Shown here: piece by piece, positions 9,712 through 18,838 of the stretch
Numbering within the stretch: the first letter of the stretch is position 1
Layout: every line of letters starts with the position of its first letter
Made by a program: the position numbers and the translations under genes
From: a virus
DNA: 64,000 nucleotides
IMG/VR virus record: IMGVR_UViG_3300037827_000415
Location: 1 to 64,000 of that record
Reading direction: 5' to 3' (one strand)
Notes under the pieces: generated by a model
Seen by the model: only the letters and a program-made list of their open reading frames with translations
Told to the model about the DNA's origin: nothing
Database searches by the model: none

Positions 9712-10953
9712 ATGACCAGCGAACGCTGCCCAGACTGCGGTTCGACGAACGTGCGGCATGAAGTCGAGACGTGCCCCGATCAGCACGTCGTGACCGCGTC
9801 GTATTGGGTGTGCCAAGAGTGCGGCGAGGGATGGACGTGCCAAGAGGATTTGGAACGGGAGGCGACGTGATGGCGAAGAAAACTCATACCAGTGGAGTGC
9901 GTGAAGCGTTAGAGCTCGCCGCGTACGAGTTGGACCGAGCGGCGGGGCATATCCGGCTCAACTCTCGCGGCCCGGAATGTGTCGAACTGGCCGATCGATT
10001 CGATGAAGACGTGGAAGAGATCAAGCGAGTGATCGAAAAAGAGTTTTGAACGAGCGAAACCCAAACAGAGCGAAAGGTCAACCAATGCTGACGACGGAAC
10101 GGCCGCGGAAAGCGGTCTGGCGTGAGACGGTCGAGCGGGAGCAACGCGACGTGCGACTCATCATGGAGTTGCGAGTCCAGCGGGCACGGGTGCGGGCCGA
10201 GCGGATCAAGCTTCGCGAGCGACGCCTGCGGATGCTGCTGCGGGCCGTGATCGCGACTGACCCACAACTGCGGGAGCGGTTTGCCCAGTGCTTGCGGCTG
10301 ACTCCTGCTGATCGCATGGATTTGGACGTGAGCACGGAAGCCGAGTTGATGCGTTGCGTCGGGGTGGCCGATGGTTCGACGTAAGACTTACCCTATCATC
10401 GGCGATCCGCCGCTCACCGAGCGTCAACGGCGAGTGCTGTTTCGGATGTCGCATGGATGGTGGCTGGAGTGCTCCGGCCGCGAGGACTTGGCCGGAATAA
10501 TGGGCCGGCCGGGGAGCAAGCACGCGACAGCGAGAGTGTCCGTATCCGACATGAACGCACTTTTCTTGCGGTACATCCGGCGACCGTACGATGATCCGGA
10601 ATACGAGTTGACCGATGAAGGGCGAGAGGCCGCAAAATGCTGACTGACCCAGTTCTGCTTTACGTTCTCGCCGGCTTGCTGGCGTTGGTGCCTGCGGCGT
10701 TGATTGGGGCTTGGGAGGGACGATGATTACGCGAGACGAAGCACTCATCTACGAAACGCTGTCGTCGCCGTGGCTCGGCTACTTCTCTTGGAAATGGCTG
10801 CAAGAGTTGGCCGGAAGTTATCTCGCGTTCAAGGTGAAGCGGAAGTACGCGAGGTACGAGCGGCTCGGCGGCATCAGGCACGATCTGGGAATGCCGTCTC
10901 TGACGAAAGTGGTCCAAGAGATTCGGAAGGGGCAGCGAAGCGATCACGAGTAA
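9712..10953 (+). other. Small-gene cluster 2, part 2 (9712-9870, 9870-10049, 10085-10384, 10371-10643, 10723-10953)
   Basis: Overlapping or closely spaced small ORFs; the first is a CxxC zinc ribbon. Confidence 0.6.
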
Positions 10954-11387
10954 GTTAACATCTCCGCGACGGACAACTGCCAAGCCCCCGCACAGAAGAC
11001 TGGACCGCTTCCGGGGGTTGCGATGATCTCCATCCGGAACTCGCCATCGCCTCCGGTGTCCGCCAAATCGCCCGTCAGCAGAAATAGCGTTCCGGGGGCA
11101 GTCCACAGAAAGTTGTAGCCCGTGTTGTCCTCAGTCCAGAGCGGATCGATGGTCACGAGCGAATCGAAGAGATAGGTCGCGATCGGCGTGAGCGTGCCCG
11201 TGTTGACCGGGGCACGCGGGTTGACCGCCAGTAAGTCGAAGAGTTGCCACGCGAACGACCCGCCAGACATTTGGGCATTGGTGAGATAGGTGCCGGTGCC
11301 GGCATCGATCAGACGTGACATGAGCCGTGCCGGATCGCCTTCGCGGATCCTCACCCGTCTAGCCGGAATGTCCGTAAACGCACTCAT
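10944..11387 (-). CDS. Putative virion accessory protein (beta-rich)
   Basis: 147 aa, end of the minus-strand run 15109-10944. Confidence 0.55.
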   Translation of the reverse strand: MSAFTDIPARRVRIREGDPARLMSRLIDAGTGTYLTNAQMSGGSFAWQLFDLLAVNPRAPVNTGTLTPIATYLFDSLVTIDPLWTEDNTGYNFLWTAPGTLFLLTGDLADTGGDGEFRMEIIATPGSGPVFCAGAWQLSVAEMLTYS

Positions 11388-11848
11388 GTCGCCCCCACTG
11401 CCGGACTGGCATCAATCACCATCACGCCATCCTGCGGCGGCGACGTGCGGATTTCATTCGTCTCGATTCGCAGGCGATAATAATCGCCTCGCTTGAACGT
11501 GCCAACCGCGACATTCCAAAGGTTGAGCGTGGATTGCCGCTTATTGAGCCCCGTTTCCGCCACGAGGTGAGCGTGCTCGCCCGTGTCGTCGTGATTGATG
11601 TGCGAGCACTGGAAAAGCAGCTCGGGGAATTCCGGAAGATTGAACGGCTGCGGAGCCGGCTCGATCGTGCCGCGATAGGAGTGGTTCTCGCTGTACTCGT
11701 CGGGCCGCGTTCGATGGATCACCAGTTGAGCACGCGGAGCCGGCCCGGCGTCGAATTCGGCGAAGTGGGCCGAGCGTGGGGCCTCTTCTTCGCCGTTCAC
11801 TCCGCGGTAGTTTACGCAAGAAAAATTGAATGAAAGGGGGAGCGGCAT
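11384..11848 (-). CDS. Hypothetical protein
   Basis: 154 aa, coupled to both neighbours. Confidence 0.6.
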   Translation of the reverse strand: MPLPLSFNFSCVNYRGVNGEEEAPRSAHFAEFDAGPAPRAQLVIHRTRPDEYSENHSYRGTIEPAPQPFNLPEFPELLFQCSHINHDDTGEHAHLVAETGLNKRQSTLNLWNVAVGTFKRGDYYRLRIETNEIRTSPPQDGVMVIDASPAVGAT

Positions 11849-13864
11849 TTATTGTCCGTCTATTGCTTCAATTGCCCCGGCGAACACGCAAGTGGCGTCG
11901 ACCCAGTTCGCGTAGCAGTCGATCGCACACGCCCAATTCGCGTAGGCGTCGAGGGCCTCGATGCGACCCGCCACGACAATGCCTACGATAACATCGACGA
12001 CGATGCTGGACCACGGCCATTCGTGCAAGTCCAATCGCACGGCGACCGGCAGAATCGAGCAATCGAAAAACACGTCGCCAGTTTCGCGGTCGGTGAAGTC
12101 CGCCCCGGAGCTGATCGGCCAGAGGTGAAGATCGACCCGATTCTGCTGCGGCAGTTGCCGCGGGTCGGAAAACTCCGCATCGCCCGACGTGAATTCCGTC
12201 GTGCCGACTTCGCCAGCGACGGTGGGCCAGACCAGATACTCGTGCCGGTTCTCCACCGGCAACGCGAGCGTGTTGAACTGTGCTTGGTTGAACGTCTCGT
12301 CGTCACTGGAATCGCCTTGCACAGACACGGGTCGCATGAACTCGTCGTGGCGATTCTGCTGCGGCACATCGAACGTCTGCGAGAACATCAGGTCGATCGT
12401 CGTCTCGCTCGCGTCGCCTTGGCTCGACGTTGGCCAGACCAGATACTCGTGCCGGTTCTCAATGGGAAGGTCCGCGATCCAACGGGAGAAAATGTACGCG
12501 GACGGGTCGTCTTCGTTCGTGTCGTGGGCCGCACCGAACGGCAACACGAAATACTCGTGCCGGTTCTCTTGCGGGAGGGCCTGAAATGTGTCCGCAAACA
12601 CGGTATAACTCGCGTCGTCTTCCGACGTGTTCGGGCCGGCCGCCGTCGTGGGCCAGACGGCGTACTCGTGTCGATTTTCTTGCGGCAACGGGAGAACGTC
12701 GGCGAAGACCCAATAGCTCGCGTCCAAGTCGCTGCTGTCGTGCCCCGCGGAGAACGCCCGCGTGAATTCATCCTGCCGGTTCTGCTGGGGGAGTCCGTAG
12801 TCCAGGGTGAAGATGTATCCGCTCGGATCGTCCGTGGTCGGATCGTTGAACCAGACCGCTGGCCATGCGTGCTCGTCTCGCCGATTCTGCTGCTGCACGG
12901 CGTTCGGCGTGTCAGCGAACACGTAATAACTCGCATCGTCCTCCGATGCGTTCCCACCGGAGAACGTGTACGGCAACGCGAACAGGTCGACGCGATTCTG
13001 CTGTGGGGGCTCAAACGTCTTCGTGAACGAGTCCGAATCTACCACGGTCACATCGCTCATCGTCGCCGTGAATCCCGCGGACGGATTGACGAAGAATTCG
13101 TGCCGATTCTCTTGGGGCAGATCAAAGCCCGCGGTGAAGCAATCGGTTTCGCCGAACTCGGCATTGCCGTCGAGGCCGGTGACGGGCCAGAGATGATTGT
13201 CCGAGCGAACGGTGACGTCTCGCTGGAACGTGTCTGAGAACGTGTCGCTGTCGACGATCAGTGTGCCATCGCCCGAACCGCCGTCGAGCGAGCCGAACGG
13301 CATCCGCTCGTATTCGCGACGACTCTCTTGGGGCACGGCATTCCAAGGGTCTGTGAACGTGTCGCTGTCGACAAGCCCCTCCTCATTGGCGTTGCCGTCG
13401 AGAAACTGACTGGGCCGCACGAAGAAGTCATCCCGGGCCAAGATCGGCAGTTGCTCAAGAGTGAAGACGTCCGTTTCGGCCGAGTCCGAATTGCCGTCAA
13501 TTGCGGTGGCTGGCCACGGTGCGTATTCCTTCCGATTTTCCTGCTGCAGCGCGTTGTACGTGTCGGTGAACACGTCCGAGTCGACGACGGGGGCCGGGTC
13601 GTTCACGATCTCGTTCGTGTCGCCGTATGGCCAAAGGTGATTATCGCGGCGGTTCTCTTGGGGAAGCTGGTCGGTGTCTGCGAAGCAGTTGTCGTCCGAG
13701 CCGAACAACTCGCCGATGTTGGCCCCAATCGCGGCGAATGGGAACCGCTCGTATTCGCGGCGGTTCTCCATAACGATCACGTTCATCGTGTCGAAGAAAA
13801 CGTCGGTGTCCGAATCGTTGACATCGACATTCGACCGCGATTGATAGAAGAAAGGGTTCGGCAT
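11849..13864 (-). CDS. Acidic tandem-repeat protein (17 repeats of about 35 aa)
   Basis: Repeat consensus F-x-D-x(2-4)-LP-Q-[EQ]-N-R-x-[DE]-x3-P. Confidence 0.8.
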   Translation of the reverse strand: MPNPFFYQSRSNVDVNDSDTDVFFDTMNVIVMENRREYERFPFAAIGANIGELFGSDDNCFADTDQLPQENRRDNHLWPYGDTNEIVNDPAPVVDSDVFTDTYNALQQENRKEYAPWPATAIDGNSDSAETDVFTLEQLPILARDDFFVRPSQFLDGNANEEGLVDSDTFTDPWNAVPQESRREYERMPFGSLDGGSGDGTLIVDSDTFSDTFQRDVTVRSDNHLWPVTGLDGNAEFGETDCFTAGFDLPQENRHEFFVNPSAGFTATMSDVTVVDSDSFTKTFEPPQQNRVDLFALPYTFSGGNASEDDASYYVFADTPNAVQQQNRRDEHAWPAVWFNDPTTDDPSGYIFTLDYGLPQQNRQDEFTRAFSAGHDSSDLDASYWVFADVLPLPQENRHEYAVWPTTAAGPNTSEDDASYTVFADTFQALPQENRHEYFVLPFGAAHDTNEDDPSAYIFSRWIADLPIENRHEYLVWPTSSQGDASETTIDLMFSQTFDVPQQNRHDEFMRPVSVQGDSSDDETFNQAQFNTLALPVENRHEYLVWPTVAGEVGTTEFTSGDAEFSDPRQLPQQNRVDLHLWPISSGADFTDRETGDVFFDCSILPVAVRLDLHEWPWSSIVVDVIVGIVVAGRIEALDAYANWACAIDCYANWVDATCVFAGAIEAIDGQ

Positions 13865-13877
13865 CGATCAGTCCCAA

Positions 13878-13915
13878 CAAAAACGCCCGGAACGGCCAAA
13901 GCCTCCGGGCGTTCC
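13878..13915 (-). terminator. Intrinsic terminator
   Basis: AACGCCCGGA-loop-TCCGGGCGTT followed by a T-tract on the minus strand. Confidence 0.6.
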
Positions 13916-13939
13916 TGCGTCGAGAACCGGCAAAGCGGT

Positions 13940-14320
13940 TTACGTTACTGCGGGAGTTGTCGCTCCCGGGATAGGGGCGACAGGACTGGCGACGACCACG
14001 GGGACCACAACCGGAGCGGTCGGAACCGCGGCACCGGCCGTCACGTCTTCCACTGTGATGACGTATTCGTGGCCCTTCACGAAGGTCACGCCCGCGTCCA
14101 CATTCACGCCGGTCGCGACGAACTCCGCGGCCGGATGCCCCTGTTCGGCGAAGGCCGCGGTGTTGTCCGCGTGAGCGAACGCTTTCAGCTTGCCGGACTG
14201 AGTGACCGTTTTCGTCACTTCATTGGTCGGCTTGGCTGCCCCTTCGGCCAGAACGGACTTCACTTTTTCGCCGTGCTCTTTCTCGGCCGACTCACAGACG
14301 AAACGCAATTTCAGTGGCAT
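13940..14320 (-). CDS. Hypothetical protein with P/V/T/A-rich tail
   Basis: 126-aa ORF. Confidence 0.65.
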   Translation of the reverse strand: MPLKLRFVCESAEKEHGEKVKSVLAEGAAKPTNEVTKTVTQSGKLKAFAHADNTAAFAEQGHPAAEFVATGVNVDAGVTFVKGHEYVITVEDVTAGAAVPTAPVVVPVVVASPVAPIPGATTPAVT

Positions 14321-14323
14321 CGG

Positions 14324-14644
14324 TCATTCTCCCGTGAAGATTGTCGAGTTTCCCGGTCCACCGAAGGACCGCGGGCCGGAGCGGATCGGCCGAAAACTCG
14401 GGTCGCGACCGGCTTCGATGTTTTCCAGCATTTGCTCCGTTGGCACACACGCCTCGCAGCCGTCGCCGCAGTGGAACCCGTTGCAGTTCTGGCAAAAGCC
14501 CGCGTACATCAACATATCGCGGCGGATGTGCAGCCCGCAATGCACGCACTGGACGGTCGACACTTCCGAGAGCACGCGGCCGGTGAGCGTGTCCGTCGTC
14601 GTGATCAGCCCGGCCTCGCGATTCGGCAGGCGACTGCGGCCCAT
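14324..14644 (-). CDS. Cys-rich zinc-binding protein
   Basis: CVHC, CQNC, CGDGCEAC. Confidence 0.65.
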   Translation of the reverse strand: MGRSRLPNREAGLITTTDTLTGRVLSEVSTVQCVHCGLHIRRDMLMYAGFCQNCNGFHCGDGCEACVPTEQMLENIEAGRDPSFRPIRSGPRSFGGPGNSTIFTGE

Positions 14645-14650
14645 CGCGGC

Positions 14651-15109
14651 CTATTCCTTGTGGAAGAAGGTTCCGCGATACGTGGCCGTCGACGTGCCCT
14701 GATTGGATCGCAGGCCAAGGCCGTTGTTTTGCGTCGCCGGGATGACGATTTCCGAGCCTTCCGGGCAGACCCAGCGAACGGTATTCCGCTGATGGCAAGG
14801 CAGGTACGGCAAATCCTTGTTGCTCGTATACGTGGGCTCGCCAGAGAAGACGCCTTGGCCCGCAGACGACTCGCCGCCGGGGCCGCCGGGGTCGAGATTG
14901 TTCGGGGTGTAGGACGATCCAGCGGTGCCTTGGGCGGTCGTGCGGCCGATGTAAAATTCGGCGGTAGCGTCGGCTGTTGCTTGGCCACATCCTAGAATGC
15001 AGTCATAGAGTCGCATTCTGGTCAGCGGGGATGCCACGTTCTGGAAAAGGTTAAGGATCGATTTGCTTGAGCCAGCCGCACCCGAGCCGTTCGATACGAA
15101 CCGTTCCAT
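14651..15109 (-). CDS. Putative virion structural protein (small beta-sandwich)
   Basis: 152 aa, G/S/T/N-rich composition. Confidence 0.55.
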   Translation of the reverse strand: MERFVSNGSGAAGSSKSILNLFQNVASPLTRMRLYDCILGCGQATADATAEFYIGRTTAQGTAGSSYTPNNLDPGGPGGESSAGQGVFSGEPTYTSNKDLPYLPCHQRNTVRWVCPEGSEIVIPATQNNGLGLRSNQGTSTATYRGTFFHKE

Positions 15110-15188
15110 TTGAGCGAGTCCCCGTTTGGGCTTTCAGGCCATCATTTCGGTTTATGATGGTCCCAAACGGAAACTTGTCAACGTTGTT

Positions 15189-16469
15189 TCAGGTCGCGGC
15201 CGTTCTCTGCTCCAGAACGCTGCCATCTTCCATCACAATCGTGATTTCTCTCCCGGTGCCCGGACGCTCAAGCCAGATTTGCTGGTCACGCTCATCGGCC
15301 AGTTGCCCCAGCAGCTTCAAGTTGTCTTCGTCTAGGTCGCCCCCATTACGGAGCAACATGATCGTCAGCTTGGGATGCAGTTCGATCCCGATGCACGTAC
15401 TGACGCGGAGTTGCTCAGCCCCGCCAAGTTGCTCAAAAGGAATGCCGTTGAAGATCACATTGTCGTTGCCAAATGAGAGCCCAGCGATCGGGAACTTCGC
15501 GGCTGCAAGTTGATCGGCCTTTGATTTGTCGATCGCATCAATCTTGGCCGTCAACTGGCTCTCTCGGATTTTGAGCAGATTGACATGACCGATGGCTCGG
15601 GCGTGCTCTTTGTTCTCGCGTACCTTGCGGTTGATGGCGTCGACGCGGTCGGCTTCGGCCTTAAGAGCGGAAACGTCGATCGTTTCGATTTTGTCGAGGT
15701 CCGAGCAAAAGCACGGACGTTGAATCGCGTTCCAGTTTGCGACGTTCTGTTCAAGTTTTTGAACTGCCGCCTTTCGGGATTCGATCTCGGCTACCAATTC
15801 GACGATTCGTTGCGTCGCCAGTTTGCTTTCCCGATCGCCCTGTTGAATCTGCTGTTCGATCCGCGACCGCGTTCCCGCCGCCCGCTGAGCGAGCGTTACC
15901 TCTTGGGTAATGTCCGGCGTCGGAAGTTCATCCGAGGGGGCGTCGTCATGCTTCGGCAATCTCGCCAGCGATCCCTCCGCATCGCGAATCTGCCGGTTGA
16001 TCGCAGTCCGATCGGCATACAGCCCGGCACGCTGGCTATCCAGGTGTGTGAAGTCGAGCCCAAGAACGCTCTTGAGCAAATCGACCTGATCCTTCGGCTT
16101 CATGCTCTTGAACGCGAGCGGATCGAAGGTGAAGCGGGCCGCGAAACCGTCGAGCAATGCTTGCGGGCTCCCGTACTTCGCTCCCGCTTTGCTGCGGACT
16201 TCGACTTTTGAATCGCCGTCCGGCTTGATCGTCCGTTTGATGATGAAATCGTCGTCCATTTCGATTTCGATGGTCGCCTGACTCTCGCCATCGCGAACAG
16301 GCTTCGACGGGATGGCCGACTTGCCGGCGAGTGCCATCATGATCGAATCGAGCAACGATGTTTTGCCGTTGCCGTTCTTGCCGCCCACGACGATCAGTGA
16401 TCCATCCGGCTCAATTTGCACACATCGCAGTTTCTTCACGTTCTCGGCTGTCAGTTTGACGATCTTCAT
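15189..16469 (-). CDS. SMC/Rad50-like ATPase
   Basis: N-terminal Walker A GGKNGNGKTS, central coiled coil, C-terminal ABC-like signature LGGAEQ. Confidence 0.85.
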   Translation of the reverse strand: MKIVKLTAENVKKLRCVQIEPDGSLIVVGGKNGNGKTSLLDSIMMALAGKSAIPSKPVRDGESQATIEIEMDDDFIIKRTIKPDGDSKVEVRSKAGAKYGSPQALLDGFAARFTFDPLAFKSMKPKDQVDLLKSVLGLDFTHLDSQRAGLYADRTAINRQIRDAEGSLARLPKHDDAPSDELPTPDITQEVTLAQRAAGTRSRIEQQIQQGDRESKLATQRIVELVAEIESRKAAVQKLEQNVANWNAIQRPCFCSDLDKIETIDVSALKAEADRVDAINRKVRENKEHARAIGHVNLLKIRESQLTAKIDAIDKSKADQLAAAKFPIAGLSFGNDNVIFNGIPFEQLGGAEQLRVSTCIGIELHPKLTIMLLRNGGDLDEDNLKLLGQLADERDQQIWLERPGTGREITIVMEDGSVLEQRTAAT

Positions 16470-16502
16470 TTCGCTCGCCCTTTGAGAGAGTTTGGGAAAA
16501 AC

Positions 16503-16603
16503 GTTCGGGCCAGCGTCCGCAGCGGAGCGATCGGGTTAAGAGTGCTCAACGGCCGACGCCGCTTAGTTCCGCGGAGCTTGCAATCCCCGTGGACAACCCG
16601 AAC
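16503..16603 (-). promoter_or_regulatory. Structured 5' leader of the ATPase gene
   Basis: GTTCGGG/CCCGAAC closing stem with two internal hairpins, downstream of TTGACG-N18-TAAATT (16639-16610). Confidence 0.45.
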
Positions 16604-16644
16604 AAGAGCAATTTACCAGAGCCGCATGGGAAGCGTCAAATTTT

Positions 16645-18756
16645 TCAGTACGCCACGAAGGCCCCTTCGTGCGACTCGTTCGCCACGAAGGCGTTCGCCT
16701 GAGCCATCAGTCCCATCTGATCGCCGAATGCCCCGGAGTCATCCGTGCTCGCAGTCGAGTAGGCGATGAACAGCCAAGCGGCGAGCCCCGGCGACCCGTC
16801 CCACATATTCGCATCGAAGCCAGCCGCACCGACAAGCCCCTTCACGACCACGGCGACGGCACTGTTTGACGACCATGACGGATTATTGAGAACGGCGTCG
16901 GCAGCACTCGCAAAGTTGGGCGATTGATTCCATCCCGTGGTGAGCCCGGCAATTGGCCAGTTGACCGATTCGCCCGTGAGCGTACGGCTGGAGATGTTGG
17001 TCGACGTCGCCGCGAAGACGGACGGAATCGCGTTTTGCATGTCGATCGACGCGCTGCCCGCAATGCCAGTGATCGACGCGAGATTGACCACGAGGAACGC
17101 GGCACTGACGTCAGCGAACTGCGGGAAGTTCGTGGTGTAATAAAAGCCGAGATAGTCCAGTGCGACGAGAGTGTCTGTCGCGTCGGTGATCGTCACGGTG
17201 CCGAGCGTGTTCTCAAAGGCGTCCGCGTTGGATGCTGCGACCTGTCCGCCCGCGTTGCAGCCGCAGACCCAGAGGACGGACGACGTATAGCCAGATCCGC
17301 CGTTCGTGTTCTCGGCATCGACCCGGAAGAAATAGAGATTGTTCTGCGTGAGGCCCGTGATCGTCGCACTCGTGACCGCTGAACCTTGGTCGACTGTGGT
17401 CCAAGTGGCATTGTCGGTCGACCACTGGACTTTGTTGTCGGTTACAGTTCCGCTGCCTTGCGTCCAACTCAGGGCGACGGATGTTGCGGAACCGTAGGAT
17501 GCCGCGAGGCCGGTGGGAATGCCGGGGGGAGAGGCCGCCGCGCCGAACGCAATCCCAAGGTATTGCTGCGGGCCGCTTGCATCGACCGGATTGAAGGCAA
17601 GCTGGACACCTCCCGTGAGGCTGTTGACCGGAGCACCGACTTTTTTGACTGAACCGGCGCTAGACCATCGCTCAAGAACATCGGTCGTGCTGTATGCAGA
17701 GAGAAGCCCGGTCAAAAGCCCGGTGATGACGGGACTGACCAGAATTGCGTTCTGTGTGCGATTATTCGTGCCGTCATAAACGCCGATAGAAAACGAGGTC
17801 GCACTCTCGGCGACGGCACTGGTCGATGCGGCACTTCCGTCTGACGCAATCAGGCAGCCTGTTGGGGTGAAAGAAAGCGAGTTGGACTGGTTGCCGTTAG
17901 ACGTCGGTGCCGTATTGCTGAAAACGGCCGCCTGGAATGTTCCGTAGAGCGCGGCAACGGCAAACAGGGTGCCGCCCGCTGTTGGGTCCACGTTGGACCA
18001 AGTGAATTGGAGACTCCCGCTGGAGTATCCGGTAATGTCAGCGAGCAGATAGGTGCTTGGACTGGACGCCGCATTGGCGTCGCAAATAATGTGGTCCGTT
18101 CGTTGCAACGCGGCACAGTATGTGGACGATGAGCCACCGGCCGCCGGAATGATCTGAAATCCAGTCCCCCATCGGCTCGACGTAGATGTCGCTGCCCCGA
18201 GATAGAGGTCAGCCTCGCCCCCACCATTGGTGCTCGTGCCGCTCGCCGTCCTGGCACATGCCGCGACGAGCACACACTGAGGAACGCCCGTCGGAATTGT
18301 GACTGTCTGGGCTCCCGCGGACGTTGGAGACTGAGCCGTGACTACGGCCGAGCTGGTAATGTCCGTTCCGCAGAACGCCAGAAGAATTATGTTGAAAGCG
18401 GTCGCGTTGGCAGTCGTGAAATTCAGTGTGAATGTTGTGCTGCCAATCGCCGTGACCTTCGCCTCATAGATCACAGTGCCGCTGTTGTTCACGGCGGTAA
18501 TGAGGGAGGTGATGTTTTGTCGCTTGTAGGCCGGAACGGTGCCCGCGCTGGTGTCTTCTCCGCGGGCGAAAAACCCAACCTGGTTAAGGCTGGAGTCGCA
18601 CATTCCGAAACCAATGGCGGTATCCGGAACGGTGCTCGTCCCCGTTGAAATCGAGGGAATCGCGATGATGAACTGAGCCTTCGACGGCGTGGTGCAAGTG
18701 ACGTTTCCGGTCGACGAAGGCACAGCGACATCGATTTCAACGATTTGCAGGGCCAT
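16645..18756 (-). CDS. Fibronectin type III domain-containing virion surface or fibre protein
   Basis: FN3 pattern PGIPTGL..SVALSW..ATITGL..YFFRVDAEN; S/T/A/G-rich. Confidence 0.75.
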   Translation of the reverse strand: MALQIVEIDVAVPSSTGNVTCTTPSKAQFIIAIPSISTGTSTVPDTAIGFGMCDSSLNQVGFFARGEDTSAGTVPAYKRQNITSLITAVNNSGTVIYEAKVTAIGSTTFTLNFTTANATAFNIILLAFCGTDITSSAVVTAQSPTSAGAQTVTIPTGVPQCVLVAACARTASGTSTNGGGEADLYLGAATSTSSRWGTGFQIIPAAGGSSSTYCAALQRTDHIICDANAASSPSTYLLADITGYSSGSLQFTWSNVDPTAGGTLFAVAALYGTFQAAVFSNTAPTSNGNQSNSLSFTPTGCLIASDGSAASTSAVAESATSFSIGVYDGTNNRTQNAILVSPVITGLLTGLLSAYSTTDVLERWSSAGSVKKVGAPVNSLTGGVQLAFNPVDASGPQQYLGIAFGAAASPPGIPTGLAASYGSATSVALSWTQGSGTVTDNKVQWSTDNATWTTVDQGSAVTSATITGLTQNNLYFFRVDAENTNGGSGYTSSVLWVCGCNAGGQVAASNADAFENTLGTVTITDATDTLVALDYLGFYYTTNFPQFADVSAAFLVVNLASITGIAGSASIDMQNAIPSVFAATSTNISSRTLTGESVNWPIAGLTTGWNQSPNFASAADAVLNNPSWSSNSAVAVVVKGLVGAAGFDANMWDGSPGLAAWLFIAYSTASTDDSGAFGDQMGLMAQANAFVANESHEGAFVAY

Positions 18757-18838
18757 TCAGTCAGTCCGAAAGAGATTTTTGCATGGGGTCGGCCGAATCG
18801 TTAAAATGGGGACTGCGGGCCGGAAAGGCCGATCATCC

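Noticed and set aside
11849-13864. DGR or retron explanation for the repeat gene or the structured RNAs
   Set aside because: No reverse transcriptase motif is visible, and the repeats are degenerate at protein level rather than adenine-specific variants
11852-14995. Long plus-strand ORFs (461 and 555 aa) and similar antisense ORFs elsewhere
   Set aside because: They shadow coherent minus-strand genes and have R/V/G-rich composition typical of antisense frames in GC-rich DNA
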